Of a DNA stretch of 64,000 nt, positions 16,624 through 26,500 are shown piece by piece. Source of the DNA: Bryobacterales bacterium (lineage in GTDB: Bacteria > Acidobacteriota > Terriglobia > Bryobacterales > UBA6623); the NCBI GenBank assembly GCA_965205085.1, contig OZ242039.1:357911-421910 (forward strand). The letters run 5' to 3'. Position numbers and translations under genes: made by a program. Each line of letters begins with the position of its first letter. The first letter of the stretch is position 1. Below the pieces are notes generated by a model, which was not told the DNA's origin, ran no database searches, and saw nothing but the letters and a program-made list of their open reading frames with translations.

Positions 16624-19600
16624 GTGCTGACACGAATCCTGCTGTTGCCCTTGCTCGCCAGTCTGGCATTTGCCCAGACCAGGCTGCTTCGATTCCCCGA
16701 TATTCATGATGACCGAGTCGCGTTCGTCTACGCGGGAGACCTGTGGTCCGCATCGGACAAGGGCGGCCTCGCGGTTCGCCTGACGGCTCACGAGGGCCTC
16801 GAGCTTTTTCCGAAGTTCTCGCCGGACGGGAAATGGATCGCGTTCACCGGGCAGTACGACGGTGACGAGCAGGTCTATGTCATGCCCTCCGGGGGCGGCG
16901 AGCCACGCCAGCTGACCTACTATCCGGCACGGGGGCCGCTGGCACCTCGCTGGGGCTATGACCACCAGGTCTACGGCTGGACACCCGACAGTTCCGGCGT
17001 GCTCTTCCGGTCGTCGCGTTCCTATTGGGGCGCGAAGGACGGACGGCTCTATACGGTGCCGCGCGAGGGCGGTCTTCCCGTGCCGCTGGCGATGCCCGTG
17101 TCGGGAGCCGGAAGCATCTCGCCGGATGGCAAATTTGTCGCATACTCACCGTTGTTTCGCGATTTTCGGACGTGGAAGCGATACCAGGGGGGGTGGGCAC
17201 AGGACCTTTACCTATTCGACCGTGCGACAAGAACCGCGCGGCGGATGACCAAACACGTCCGGTCGGACCGGGACCCGATGTGGGTGGGAAACGAGGTGCA
17301 CTTCGCTTCCGACCGGGATGGCATTCTGAATCTGTATCGCTTCGAGTCGGAGACGGGAAGAGTCACACAACTAACGCACGAGAAAATTTGGGATGTCCGC
17401 TGGCCGTCGTCCGATTCGCGGGGGCGAATCGTGTATGAGTTGAATGGCGAGTTGCGAATCTATGAGACGAGGACGGGGCGGTCCCTTGCGATCAGCATCG
17501 AAGTGCCCAGTGACGGGGGCTCCCGGCGCCCGCGAAGGGTCTCTGCGGCTGGGACCATCGAGAGCTACTCGCTCAGCCCGAAGGGGCGGAGGGCAGTCTT
17601 CAGCGCCCGTGGAGACATTTTCACGGTACCGGCCGAAAAGGGTCCTACCCGCAACCTCACCCGGTCCTCCGACGCCCACGACCGGCTGCCGAGTTGGTCT
17701 CCGGATGGACGGCGGATTGCGTTCGTGTCAGACAGGTCGGGCGAGGAGCAGATCTACGTCGTTGACCAGCAAGGCGGACCGCCGGAGCGCCTCACAGACG
17801 GAATAAGGGGACGGCTATACCGCCCTGCCTGGTCTCCAGACTCCAAGCGGATCGCGTTTTCGGACAAGGAGGGGAAGGCTTATGTCCTGGAGGTAGAGAC
17901 CAGGCGGGTCACTGAAGTCGCCGATGATCCCCGCGGGCGCATCACAGACTACGTTTGGTCCCCCCGTGGAGGCTTCGTCGCCTTTACCGTCAGCGTCTCC
18001 GCACGGGCGAACTCCGTCTTCGTCTGGGACGTGGCCGGCCAGGACCTCCACCAGATCGGCGGCGAACTCTTTGACGAGCACTCCCCGGCCTGGGGTGCGA
18101 ACGGGGACTACCTTTACTTTCTGAGCGCCCGCGAGTTCTCGCCGTTAATTTCCTCGACCGAGTGGAATTTCGCCACGAATCGCCAGACCGGTGTGTTCGC
18201 GCTCGCCCTTCGCAAGGATGTGGCCCATCCGTTCCCCCCGGAGAGCGACGAAGCCGAGATCGCTGAAGCCGGGACCGCCTCCGAGGACGAATCCAAGGAT
18301 GGCGGTGGCAGCGGGAACGACCACGAGGGAGCTGACGGCGACCAGTCTGCGGATGAAGAGGCGGGCACGGAGCCGATCCGCATCGACTTCGAAGGGCTCG
18401 GGGACCGTGTGGCCCGGGTGCCCGTGCCGGCCGACAACTATCCGGTGGGAGGCTTGGCTGCCGTCGATGGATCGCTGCTGATCGTGCAAGGGCAGCCGTT
18501 CTACTACGGTCGGGACTCGCAGACGAAGCCTGCCATCAAGATCTTTGACCTCGAGGAACGCGAGTTCAAGACGGTGACCGAGGGCCGGGCGTTCGCCCTG
18601 TCCGACGACGGCAAGAAGATCCTGGTGCAGCAGGGGCAAGTCTACAAGCTCTTCGACGTGAAGGCGGATTCGAAGAGCCCCAAGACGGTTGGAACTGCGG
18701 GCTTGCAGGTCAACCTGGTGCCTGAACAGGAATGGGAGACGATCTTCGACGAGGTCTGGAGGCGCTACCGGGATTTCTTTTACGTGCAGAACATGCACGG
18801 GTATGACTGGGTCGCGGTCCGCGATCGGTACAGGCCTTGGCTGGAGCATGTGCGGCACCGCTCGGACCTCAACTACGTCATCGGAGAGATGATCGCCGAG
18901 CTGAACGTCGGTCATGCATACATCTCGGGCGGAGACTACGAGACGCCGGAGAGGCCGAAGGTCGCCCTCATGGGCGCCGATCTGGAACTGGATGAGGCTG
19001 GTGGCCGCTATCGGATATCCAGCATCCTGAGAGGGCACAACGAGGAGTCGGAATACAGGGCGCCGCTGACGGAAATCGGAGTCGATGCCCAGGAAGGGGA
19101 CTACGTTCTGGCCATTGACGACGAGGACCTGAGGGCCAGCGACAACCCGTATCGGCTTCTCCGCCACAAGGCGGCGCGTCCGGTCAAACTGCTGCTCAAT
19201 GACCGACCCGACCCGAACGGAGCCCGGACGGTGGTCTACCTGCCGGTCGAAGACGAGTCCAACCTCCGGTACCTGAACTGGGTCGAGGGCAACCGCAAGG
19301 CTGTCGACGAAGCGACGGGCGGCACGGTCGGCTACATGCACGTACCCGACATGAGTGCGAGCGGCATCAGCGAGTTCATCAAGTGGTATTTCCCCCAGTT
19401 ACGGAAACAGGGCCTTGTTGTTGACGTTCGTGGAAACGGTGGGGGCAACGTGTCCCAGATGCTGATCGAGCGCCTCAGTCGCAAGCTGCTGGGTACACGC
19501 TTCTCGCGGACCAACTCCGAATTCCGGACCTATCCGAACGAGGTCTTCCTCGGGCACATGGTTTGTCTGGTTAGCGAGAACTCCGCTTCGGACGGCGATA

Positions 19601-19929
19601 TATTCGCTGCCCGGTTCAAGGCGGCAGGCCTTGGACCGCTCATCGGAAAGCGCTCGTGGGGCGGCGTGATCGGAATCACCTCCCACGGACCCCTGATGGA
19701 CGGCGGCGACATCCGGGTGCCGGAGTTTGCCACCAATGCCGTCGACGGCTCCTGGATTATCGAGGGGCATGGTGTTGACCCCGACATCGTCGTGGAGAAC
19801 GATGCCGAGTCGCTCCTGGCGGGCAGGGATCCGCAGCTCGAGCGCGGGATCGAGGAGGTGCTCCAGAGAATTCGGGACGATCCGCGGCCAGGCCCGACCC
19901 GTCCACCCGATCCGGTTCGGACCCGTTGA
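16624..19929 (+). CDS. tricorn protease homolog (S41-family, beta-propeller + PDZ + peptidase)
   Basis: 1101 aa with a GTG start and a signal peptide. Shows the characteristic N-terminus LLRFPDIHDDRVAFVYAGDLW and FPKFSPDGKWIAFTGQYDG, repeated SPDG propeller blades, and a C-terminal S41 core (LVVDVRGNGGGNVS, SENSASDGDIFA). Confidence 0.93.
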   Translation: MLTRILLLPLLASLAFAQTRLLRFPDIHDDRVAFVYAGDLWSASDKGGLAVRLTAHEGLELFPKFSPDGKWIAFTGQYDGDEQVYVMPSGGGEPRQLTYYPARGPLAPRWGYDHQVYGWTPDSSGVLFRSSRSYWGAKDGRLYTVPREGGLPVPLAMPVSGAGSISPDGKFVAYSPLFRDFRTWKRYQGGWAQDLYLFDRATRTARRMTKHVRSDRDPMWVGNEVHFASDRDGILNLYRFESETGRVTQLTHEKIWDVRWPSSDSRGRIVYELNGELRIYETRTGRSLAISIEVPSDGGSRRPRRVSAAGTIESYSLSPKGRRAVFSARGDIFTVPAEKGPTRNLTRSSDAHDRLPSWSPDGRRIAFVSDRSGEEQIYVVDQQGGPPERLTDGIRGRLYRPAWSPDSKRIAFSDKEGKAYVLEVETRRVTEVADDPRGRITDYVWSPRGGFVAFTVSVSARANSVFVWDVAGQDLHQIGGELFDEHSPAWGANGDYLYFLSAREFSPLISSTEWNFATNRQTGVFALALRKDVAHPFPPESDEAEIAEAGTASEDESKDGGGSGNDHEGADGDQSADEEAGTEPIRIDFEGLGDRVARVPVPADNYPVGGLAAVDGSLLIVQGQPFYYGRDSQTKPAIKIFDLEEREFKTVTEGRAFALSDDGKKILVQQGQVYKLFDVKADSKSPKTVGTAGLQVNLVPEQEWETIFDEVWRRYRDFFYVQNMHGYDWVAVRDRYRPWLEHVRHRSDLNYVIGEMIAELNVGHAYISGGDYETPERPKVALMGADLELDEAGGRYRISSILRGHNEESEYRAPLTEIGVDAQEGDYVLAIDDEDLRASDNPYRLLRHKAARPVKLLLNDRPDPNGARTVVYLPVEDESNLRYLNWVEGNRKAVDEATGGTVGYMHVPDMSASGISEFIKWYFPQLRKQGLVVDVRGNGGGNVSQMLIERLSRKLLGTRFSRTNSEFRTYPNEVFLGHMVCLVSENSASDGDIFAARFKAAGLGPLIGKRSWGGVIGITSHGPLMDGGDIRVPEFATNAVDGSWIIEGHGVDPDIVVENDAESLLAGRDPQLERGIEEVLQRIRDDPRPGPTRPPDPVRTR

Positions 19930-20046
19930 CCGTACGCCTTGGATGCCGCTCACCGCTGGCCTTGACGGGTCTGGGCGCAGCGGGAAAGCGTCTCGCACAG
20001 GGGTAACCAAGCCATTCCGAATGCGGTCAATCTAGGGGAGGCAACC

Positions 20047-21039
20047 ATGGATCTCGAAGGTCAACTGGATCGGAGGCAGTTTCTTGCGACGGCAAGCATC
20101 GCAGCGCCCTTGGTCGCGGCTTCCGCCACCCCGCTTGGCGGTCGACTGCGGTCCGAGACGCTGGTAGCCCACTTGCATAGCAGCCTCAGCGATGTGCAGC
20201 GCAGGACCGTTGTCCTGCCTTTCGACAGCCCCTTGCGTTCCAGGGTCGAGAACAACTGGCATATCAGCAGTGCGAGGGTCGGTCGGTTCTTCAGCCGGGA
20301 TCAGCAGGCCATGATCGAGGAGATCTTCCTGGAGCTCCACGCTCCGGATTTTCGGGATTCCTTGATGCGGCACGTTTCCGACGACTTCGGCAGCGTGCGC
20401 AACCTCTCGGTTGCCCTGTTCGGCGATCCCGGCTCCGGCAAGTTCGAGTTTGTGATCACGGGTCGGCACTGCACGGCACGCTGCGACGGGGACTCCGTGG
20501 CGGGAGCTGCCTTCGGTGGTCCAATCTTCTACGGGCATGAGGGGGAGAGCTTCTACGAGCGCCCGACGCACCCGAACAATGTGTACTGGTTCCAGGCCCA
20601 GCGCGCGAACGAAGTCTACCGGGCTCTGGATCCCCATCAACGCAGCGCGGCCCTTCAAGCCCGGGCACCTCGAGAGCGCAGCACCCGCACGGTCGAGCCG
20701 TCCCACACTCCCGACGGGCTTTGTGTTTCCGACATGTCGCGCGACCAGCGCGAACTGGTCAGGCAGACGCTCCTGGACCTCCTGTCACCGTTTCGCCGGG
20801 CTGATCGGGAGGAGGCACTGCGTTTGGTGGAATCGAACGGCGGAGTCGAACACCTGACGATGGCTTTCTACCGCAATGAGGACTTGGGCAACGATGGGGT
20901 GTGGGACGTCTGGAAGCTTGAGAGCCCCACCATGGTGTGGTACTTCCGGGGTTACCCGCACGTCCACGTCTGGGTGAACGTTCAGGAAAATCCGGGCTGG
21001 AAGGCACCTGGCGGCTATGCCCGCCGGGGTGCCGCCTGA
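20047..21039 (+). CDS. Tat-signal hypothetical protein (DUF3500-like by motif recall)
   Basis: 330 aa. Twin-arginine signal DRRQFLATASIAAPLVAASA. Blocks FEFVITGRHCTARCDG..FGGPIFYGHE and WYFRGYPHVHVWVNV resemble DUF3500-family proteins. That assignment is not verified. Confidence 0.75.
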   Translation: MDLEGQLDRRQFLATASIAAPLVAASATPLGGRLRSETLVAHLHSSLSDVQRRTVVLPFDSPLRSRVENNWHISSARVGRFFSRDQQAMIEEIFLELHAPDFRDSLMRHVSDDFGSVRNLSVALFGDPGSGKFEFVITGRHCTARCDGDSVAGAAFGGPIFYGHEGESFYERPTHPNNVYWFQAQRANEVYRALDPHQRSAALQARAPRERSTRTVEPSHTPDGLCVSDMSRDQRELVRQTLLDLLSPFRRADREEALRLVESNGGVEHLTMAFYRNEDLGNDGVWDVWKLESPTMVWYFRGYPHVHVWVNVQENPGWKAPGGYARRGAA

Positions 21040-21062
21040 AGCGGTACCGGGAACCCGGACCG

Positions 21063-21575
21063 TCAGTACACGGGCGTACCGTAGGGGACAGGCGTCTCCA
21101 CCCGCCGAATATCACTGACGCGTGCGATCTTCCAATCCCCGTCGACCTTCCGCAGGTAGACGTCCTGGACTTCATTCCGGTCTGCATAGACGTATTCAAC
21201 CCGGATCTCCGCCTCCGCCCCGGACTCGATCGGCGCGTTCATTGCGATTCCCTTGATATCGCGGTTCCGTTCACGCAGGAACTCCGAGAAACGTTGCTGT
21301 CCCATCTCTTCCAGGCTTTGGCGCAGAGTCCTTTCCATCTGGCCCGCATAGCACTCCAGGTAGTCGTCGACCATGCCGTCTCTCGCTGCATCCAGCATGC
21401 GGTAGACGACGTCTCGCGGTTCGGCCCGCTTCGGCGTGCCGACCCCGAAAAATCCGGATCCCTGTCGGGAGTTGCGTCGGAGGGTTTCGAACCCGCCCTG
21501 GTTCCAGACGATGAATCCGAGGACACCCGCGATCAGGGCGATCGTGATGGCCTGGGCGCGGGTGTCCTTGCTCAT
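21063..21575 (-). CDS. single-pass membrane protein, last gene of the SPFH/ATPase operon
   Basis: 170 aa. One N-terminal TM helix (AITIALIAGVLGFIVW) followed by a soluble domain ending YLRKVDGDWKIARV. Its ATG overlaps the upstream stop (ATGA, 21572-21575). Confidence 0.75.
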   Translation of the reverse strand: MSKDTRAQAITIALIAGVLGFIVWNQGGFETLRRNSRQGSGFFGVGTPKRAEPRDVVYRMLDAARDGMVDDYLECYAGQMERTLRQSLEEMGQQRFSEFLRERNRDIKGIAMNAPIESGAEAEIRVEYVYADRNEVQDVYLRKVDGDWKIARVSDIRRVETPVPYGTPVY

Positions 21576-22576
21576 GGCAGCGAGGTGCGAGCCGTCGGAC
21601 TGCGACGGATGATGGTCAGGTCGAGGTTTCCGTTCTCGTCGACAATGGTCTTGCGCAACCGGGGCAGGATCTCTTCCATGGTCTCGAGGTACAGGCGGCT
21701 GCGGGTGACCTCCGGACTCCGCCGATACTCCGCGGCGAGCCTCTCGAATCGGGCTGCATCGCCCTGTGCCTGCTGGATCTTGCTTTCCCGGTAACCTCGC
21801 GAGGCCGACAGCAGTTGCTGGGCTTCCCCCCTGGCCCGGGGCAGGATGTCGTTTCGGTAGCCCTCCGCCTCGTTGACGATCCGTGCCGCGTCCGCCCTGG
21901 CCGAGGCCACGTCGCGGAAGGCGTCCGCTGCCTCCGCCGGCGGACTCACCGAGCGGATGTTGACAGTGGACAGGACGACTCCCAGGTCGAAGCGGTCGAC
22001 CAATGTCTGGGCGACAAGCCGGACCTCTTTCTGGATCGCGATTTGCTCGGTCGTCAGGACTTCATCGACCGCACGCGAGGACACCTGCCGCTCGAGCGCC
22101 GCTTCCACCGCATTCGCGACGGCCCGGTCGACGTCACTGGCCCGAAACAGGTAGCGTGCCGGTCTCGTGACGCTGTACTGGACGACAGCCCGTACGTTGA
22201 TGATGTTCTGGTCCCCGGTCAGGAACTGGGACAGGACAGGGTCCGCCGGAATCGCGTTCGCCTCGTCGGCGACCTCGCCCCCGATGAACGCACGTTTCAG
22301 TTCCTGCACCTTCAGCTTTCGGACGGTCCCGACCGGCCAGGGGAAGTGCCAGCCGACGCCGGGTGGAACCTGGTCGTTGGCCACTGCGCCGAAGGTGGTC
22401 AGTACGGCCTGTTCCTCGGTGGGCACTACGTAGAGGCCGCTCACCACCCAAATCGTCAGAGCGATGAGAACGATGTGCCGGACTCGCAGCGCTCGAAGCC
22501 GCCCTGCGATGCGGGCCGGGACTGTGCTGCCGGCTGTTGGCGATAGCGGGGAATGCTGGTGCATGGCAGCGGTCAC
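21572..22576 (-). CDS. hflK: HflK-like SPFH/band-7 membrane protein
   Basis: 334 aa. One TM helix (IVLIALTIWVVSGLYVV), then an SPFH domain and a coiled-coil tail (NEAEGYRNDILPRARGEAQQLL...QGDAARFERL), typical of HflK. The GTG start overlaps the upstream TGA (GTGA). An internal ATG at 22564 is an alternative start. Confidence 0.85.
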   Translation of the reverse strand: MTAAMHQHSPLSPTAGSTVPARIAGRLRALRVRHIVLIALTIWVVSGLYVVPTEEQAVLTTFGAVANDQVPPGVGWHFPWPVGTVRKLKVQELKRAFIGGEVADEANAIPADPVLSQFLTGDQNIINVRAVVQYSVTRPARYLFRASDVDRAVANAVEAALERQVSSRAVDEVLTTEQIAIQKEVRLVAQTLVDRFDLGVVLSTVNIRSVSPPAEAADAFRDVASARADAARIVNEAEGYRNDILPRARGEAQQLLSASRGYRESKIQQAQGDAARFERLAAEYRRSPEVTRSRLYLETMEEILPRLRKTIVDENGNLDLTIIRRSPTARTSLP

Positions 22577-23553
22577 TGTCCCCGGGTCATCAGCCGCAGG
22601 AGTTCGGAGTCCGCGCTGAGGATGACCGTCGTGTCCTCGTCCAGTGCCTTTCTGTAGGCCTCCAGCGTGCGGGTCAGCTTGTAGAACGATTGGTTGCGAG
22701 AATACGCAGCGCCGTAGATCCGTGCCGCCTCGGCATCCCCCTCGCCCTTGGTCGTCTCGGCTTCCTTGTACGCCTTCGCCAGAATCTCCTCCCTCTGGCG
22801 GTCCGCTTCAGCCCGAATCCGGAGCGCCTGCTCCTCGCCCTCGGCTCTGTACTGGCGGGCGATGCGCTCTCGCTCGGCCCGCATCCGAGCGTACACACTC
22901 TGCTTGTTCTGCTCGGGCAGATTCAGGCGCTTGAGCCGTACGTCCACCACACGAATGCCGTATTCCTGCAGGGCTTCCGTCCCGCTGTCTTGTGCAAGCC
23001 GGTCGAGGGCATGGTCAGTCCGAACCCGTTCCGGTGACGTCGATACGATCTCCTCGAGGTCCAGCTTGGCGATCGTCGCGGCCAGCCCGGACCAGACCAG
23101 GTCGTGCAGGCGCATCTCTGCTGCCTGTTCGTTTCCCAGGCGCTGCACGAACGTCTTCGGGTCAGCGATCTGCCACAGCGCGTAGCTGTCGATGCTGAGG
23201 TTCTTCTTGTCCTTCGTAAGAAACTCCGACCGTGGAGGGTTGTACACCCGCAGTCGACGGTCGTAGGTCCGGACCTGATGGATGAGAGGGATCTTGACGT
23301 TCAGGCCGGCCTCGGTGATCGTGCGCACCGGGGCACCAAACTGCGTTACCAGCGCGAACTCGGTTTCCCGGACGGTGAAGAGCCCGGACCATACCAGAAT
23401 CAGACCTGCCGCGACGAGTAGCCGAATGCGGTTTCGATTCCAGAACGCCTGCCATTCGAACGGATCTCGCGGATCTCGGCGGGGGCGGTTATGCTCGTGA
23501 TCGTGGCTGTGCTCGTGGGAATGATGGTCACGGGAGTGGACGTGGTCATGCAT
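22573..23553 (-). CDS. hflC: HflC-like SPFH/band-7 membrane protein with His-rich N-terminus
   Basis: 326 aa. The N-terminus is MHDHVHSRDHHSHEHSHDHEHN, followed by a TM helix (IRLLVAAGLILVWSGLF) and then the HflC pattern (FTVRETEFALVTQFG...KIPLIHQV...FLTKDKKNL..DSYALWQIADP...MRAERERIA..YRAEGEE). It starts 3 nt after the stop of the upstream fusion gene. Confidence 0.9.
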   Translation of the reverse strand: MHDHVHSRDHHSHEHSHDHEHNRPRRDPRDPFEWQAFWNRNRIRLLVAAGLILVWSGLFTVRETEFALVTQFGAPVRTITEAGLNVKIPLIHQVRTYDRRLRVYNPPRSEFLTKDKKNLSIDSYALWQIADPKTFVQRLGNEQAAEMRLHDLVWSGLAATIAKLDLEEIVSTSPERVRTDHALDRLAQDSGTEALQEYGIRVVDVRLKRLNLPEQNKQSVYARMRAERERIARQYRAEGEEQALRIRAEADRQREEILAKAYKEAETTKGEGDAEAARIYGAAYSRNQSFYKLTRTLEAYRKALDEDTTVILSADSELLRLMTRGQ

Positions 23554-23556
23554 GGG

Positions 23557-26500
23557 CTATTCTCTGGTCTCCGGTATTTCAAAGGGTGGTGGCGGCTGCT
23601 GCATGCGGGCACCGGATGGCGCTACCAGGACGCCGTCGTCCATGGTCCACAGCGTTCGCTTACCGCCGTGGGAGTCGATGACGACCTTCTGGCGTCCCGG
23701 AAGGATCTCCTCCATCGCCTCCAGATACAGGCGCGTGACAGTCGATTCCGGCGCAGTGCGGTAGGCGCCTTCCAGCTGGTTGAAGCGAGAGGCGTCGCCG
23801 CCCGCGCGGTCGGACCGACTGGCCCTGTAGGCCTTGGCCTCTTGAACGAGTGCTTCGGCCTGGCCGCGGGCCAGGGCTACCTGCTCGTTTGCGTAGCCCT
23901 CCGCCTCGTTGATCATCCGGTTCTTTTCCTCCAGGGCTCCGGCGACCTCCCGGAAGGCGTCCACGACCTCAACCGATGGATGCATGTCCTGAATGTTGAC
24001 CTGAAGCACGTGTACGCCGGCTTCGTATTCTCCGAGCATTTCGTTCATGCGTTCGGCGGTAAGCCTCTCGGCCTCGCGTCGCCCGGTCGTAAGCAGGGCG
24101 TCCAGATGCATCGTGTTGACGACCGAGCGCAGTGCCGCCTCTGACGCCGCGCGTATTGTGGTCTCCGCGTCCAGCTGTCGAAAGAGGTAATCCTCAGGCC
24201 GCCCGATGTCGTAGTGAACGACAGCGGTTAGCTCGATCATGTTCTGGTCGCCCGTCAGCATCAGCGTCTCGTCCTCGCGCAGTTGAATTCGACCGTCCCG
24301 GTGCTGGAGATTCCATTCGTAGGCGGGGGGATCGCTGAACGCCGTTGTCTCAGCCGTGCGGAAACCGATTTCGATCACCCGGATCTGCTGGGCCTGGATC
24401 CGCGTCAGGCGATCGACCGGCCACGGAAACTTGAGTTGCAGGCCAGGCTCCCGATACGGCAGCACTTTGCGGCCGAACCGCTCGATCACGCCAATTTCCT
24501 GAGTGCCGATCATGAATCCCGATGTGGCCAACCACGAGGCCAGCAGGGCCGCTGCACCGGGTCCCGCCAGCCGCTGGCGGTTCTCGACGAGCCACGCGAA
24601 ACCGGCCGCGGGATCGATTCGGGCGAGTCCATCCAGCAGTCCCTCCCAAGTGCGGCCCAGCCCCAGGAGTTCCCAACCGCGTCGCCATCGGGAGACTTGT
24701 CCCGCCGGGCGCTCGACGCGCAGCAGGCGCACCGAGTTGAGCATCACGAATATCGAAGAGATTTGGTGTACGCCCGCCGCGAGCGCCGGCCCCATCCAGC
24801 CGATGCCGGCGACGTACACTGCGACCACGTTGACGACGCCCGCGAACAGAATGATGTTTTGCCAGACCGTCGTGACAGCCCGTCGCGAGACACCGAAGAG
24901 CTTGGGCAGTCTCCCGATCTGGGTGTTGAGGTCAACGACATCGGCTGCCTCGGCGGCAATGTCGGCACCCGAGCCGGAAATGGCGATGCCCACGTCCGCG
25001 GCTGCCAGGGCGGGGGCGTCGTTGACTCCGTCGCCGATCATCGCAACTTTCCGGCCCTGGATCTGCAACTGCTTGATGTGGTCGAGTTTCTGCTCGGGAA
25101 GGAGTTCGGCCACCACGTGGCTGATGCCCACGACCCTGGCCATCGCATCCGCTGACTTCCGTCGGTCGCCCGTCAGCAGGATGATGTTGGAAAGGCCGAG
25201 TTCCTCGATCTCGTGAATCGCGTCATGGGCGCCGGGTTTCGGGGTGTCCCTCAGCAGGATGGCTCCGGCGAAGCGGTTGCCGTCCGCGATAAGCACAGGG
25301 GTCGCGCCTGCCCTGTCGGCCGCATCGAGATAATCCTGGAGGTTCTCGATGCCGGCCTCCGCGAGGAAACCCTCGTTGCCGGCTCTCAGGGGACGCCCGT
25401 TGCAGATGCACTCCGCCCCGCGTCCCGGCACGATTCTGGCATCACTGGCCTGTCCGCGCGGGAGATTCCTCTCCTCGGCACTGCGGACGATGACCTTTGC
25501 CAATGGATGGTCCGAGCCAGCCTCGGCTGTGGCTCCGAGTGTGAGGACCTGCTCTTCGCTGTGGCCCTCCGCTGCGATGATCTCGACGATTTCGAATTGC
25601 CCGGTCGTCAGGGTTCCCGTCTTGTCGAAGACGACGGTGTCGATTTCAGCGGCCTTCTGGACCACTTGACCACCCCGGGCCAGGAGGCCGCGACGGGCCA
25701 GCCCGCCGATGGCGGCGACCATCGCTGCTGGAGTGGCGAGGATCAGTGCGCAGGGGCACCCGACGATCAGGACGGCGACGGCGCGGCGCACGCGCTCCTC
25801 GGTCTCGGTATCGGCGGACAGGAAGTAGACCGCGCCGGCGGCCAGAAGGATCGCGGGCAGGAAGTACCGTGCATATCGGTCGGCGACGCGCACGACGGGA
25901 GCGGTGCGATGATCGCGTGCCTCCTCGACGAGGTGGATCAGGCGGGCCAAAGTCGAGTCGTCGGCGGCATGGGTGACCCGTACGTGCAGGAGCCCGTGTC
26001 CGTTGACGGTTCCGGAGAAGACCTCGTCTCCGACGGTCTTGTCGCGCGGAACCGACTCGCCCGTGATGGGGCTCTCGTCCACCGAGGACGCCCCGCGCTC
26101 CACCATGCCGTCTGCCGAGATCCTCTCGCCGGCCCGGACGGCGATCAGGTCGCCGGCCAACAGGTCCTCCACATGGACCTCGACCTCCTCACCGTCTCGG
26201 ACCACCCGGGCATGGTGCGGCAGTTGATCCACGAAACGGTGAATCGCCCGTTCCGTGCGTCCGGCGGCCCATGCCTCAAGGCCTTCCCCGAGAAGCATGA
26301 TGAACATGGCCTCTGCAGCCGCCAGGTACTCCCCGATGGCCAGCGCAGCGGCCGCGGCGATGACGATGGCTAGATCGGCGGAGATCCTGCGGTCAAGGAG
26401 CTCAGCGATCGCCCGATAGAAGGTCTTGTAGCCCGCCAGCAGCGCCAGGAAGATCGCCGTGTCGAGACCGGCGAGAGTGTCAAAAATTCCAATCAGGTTG

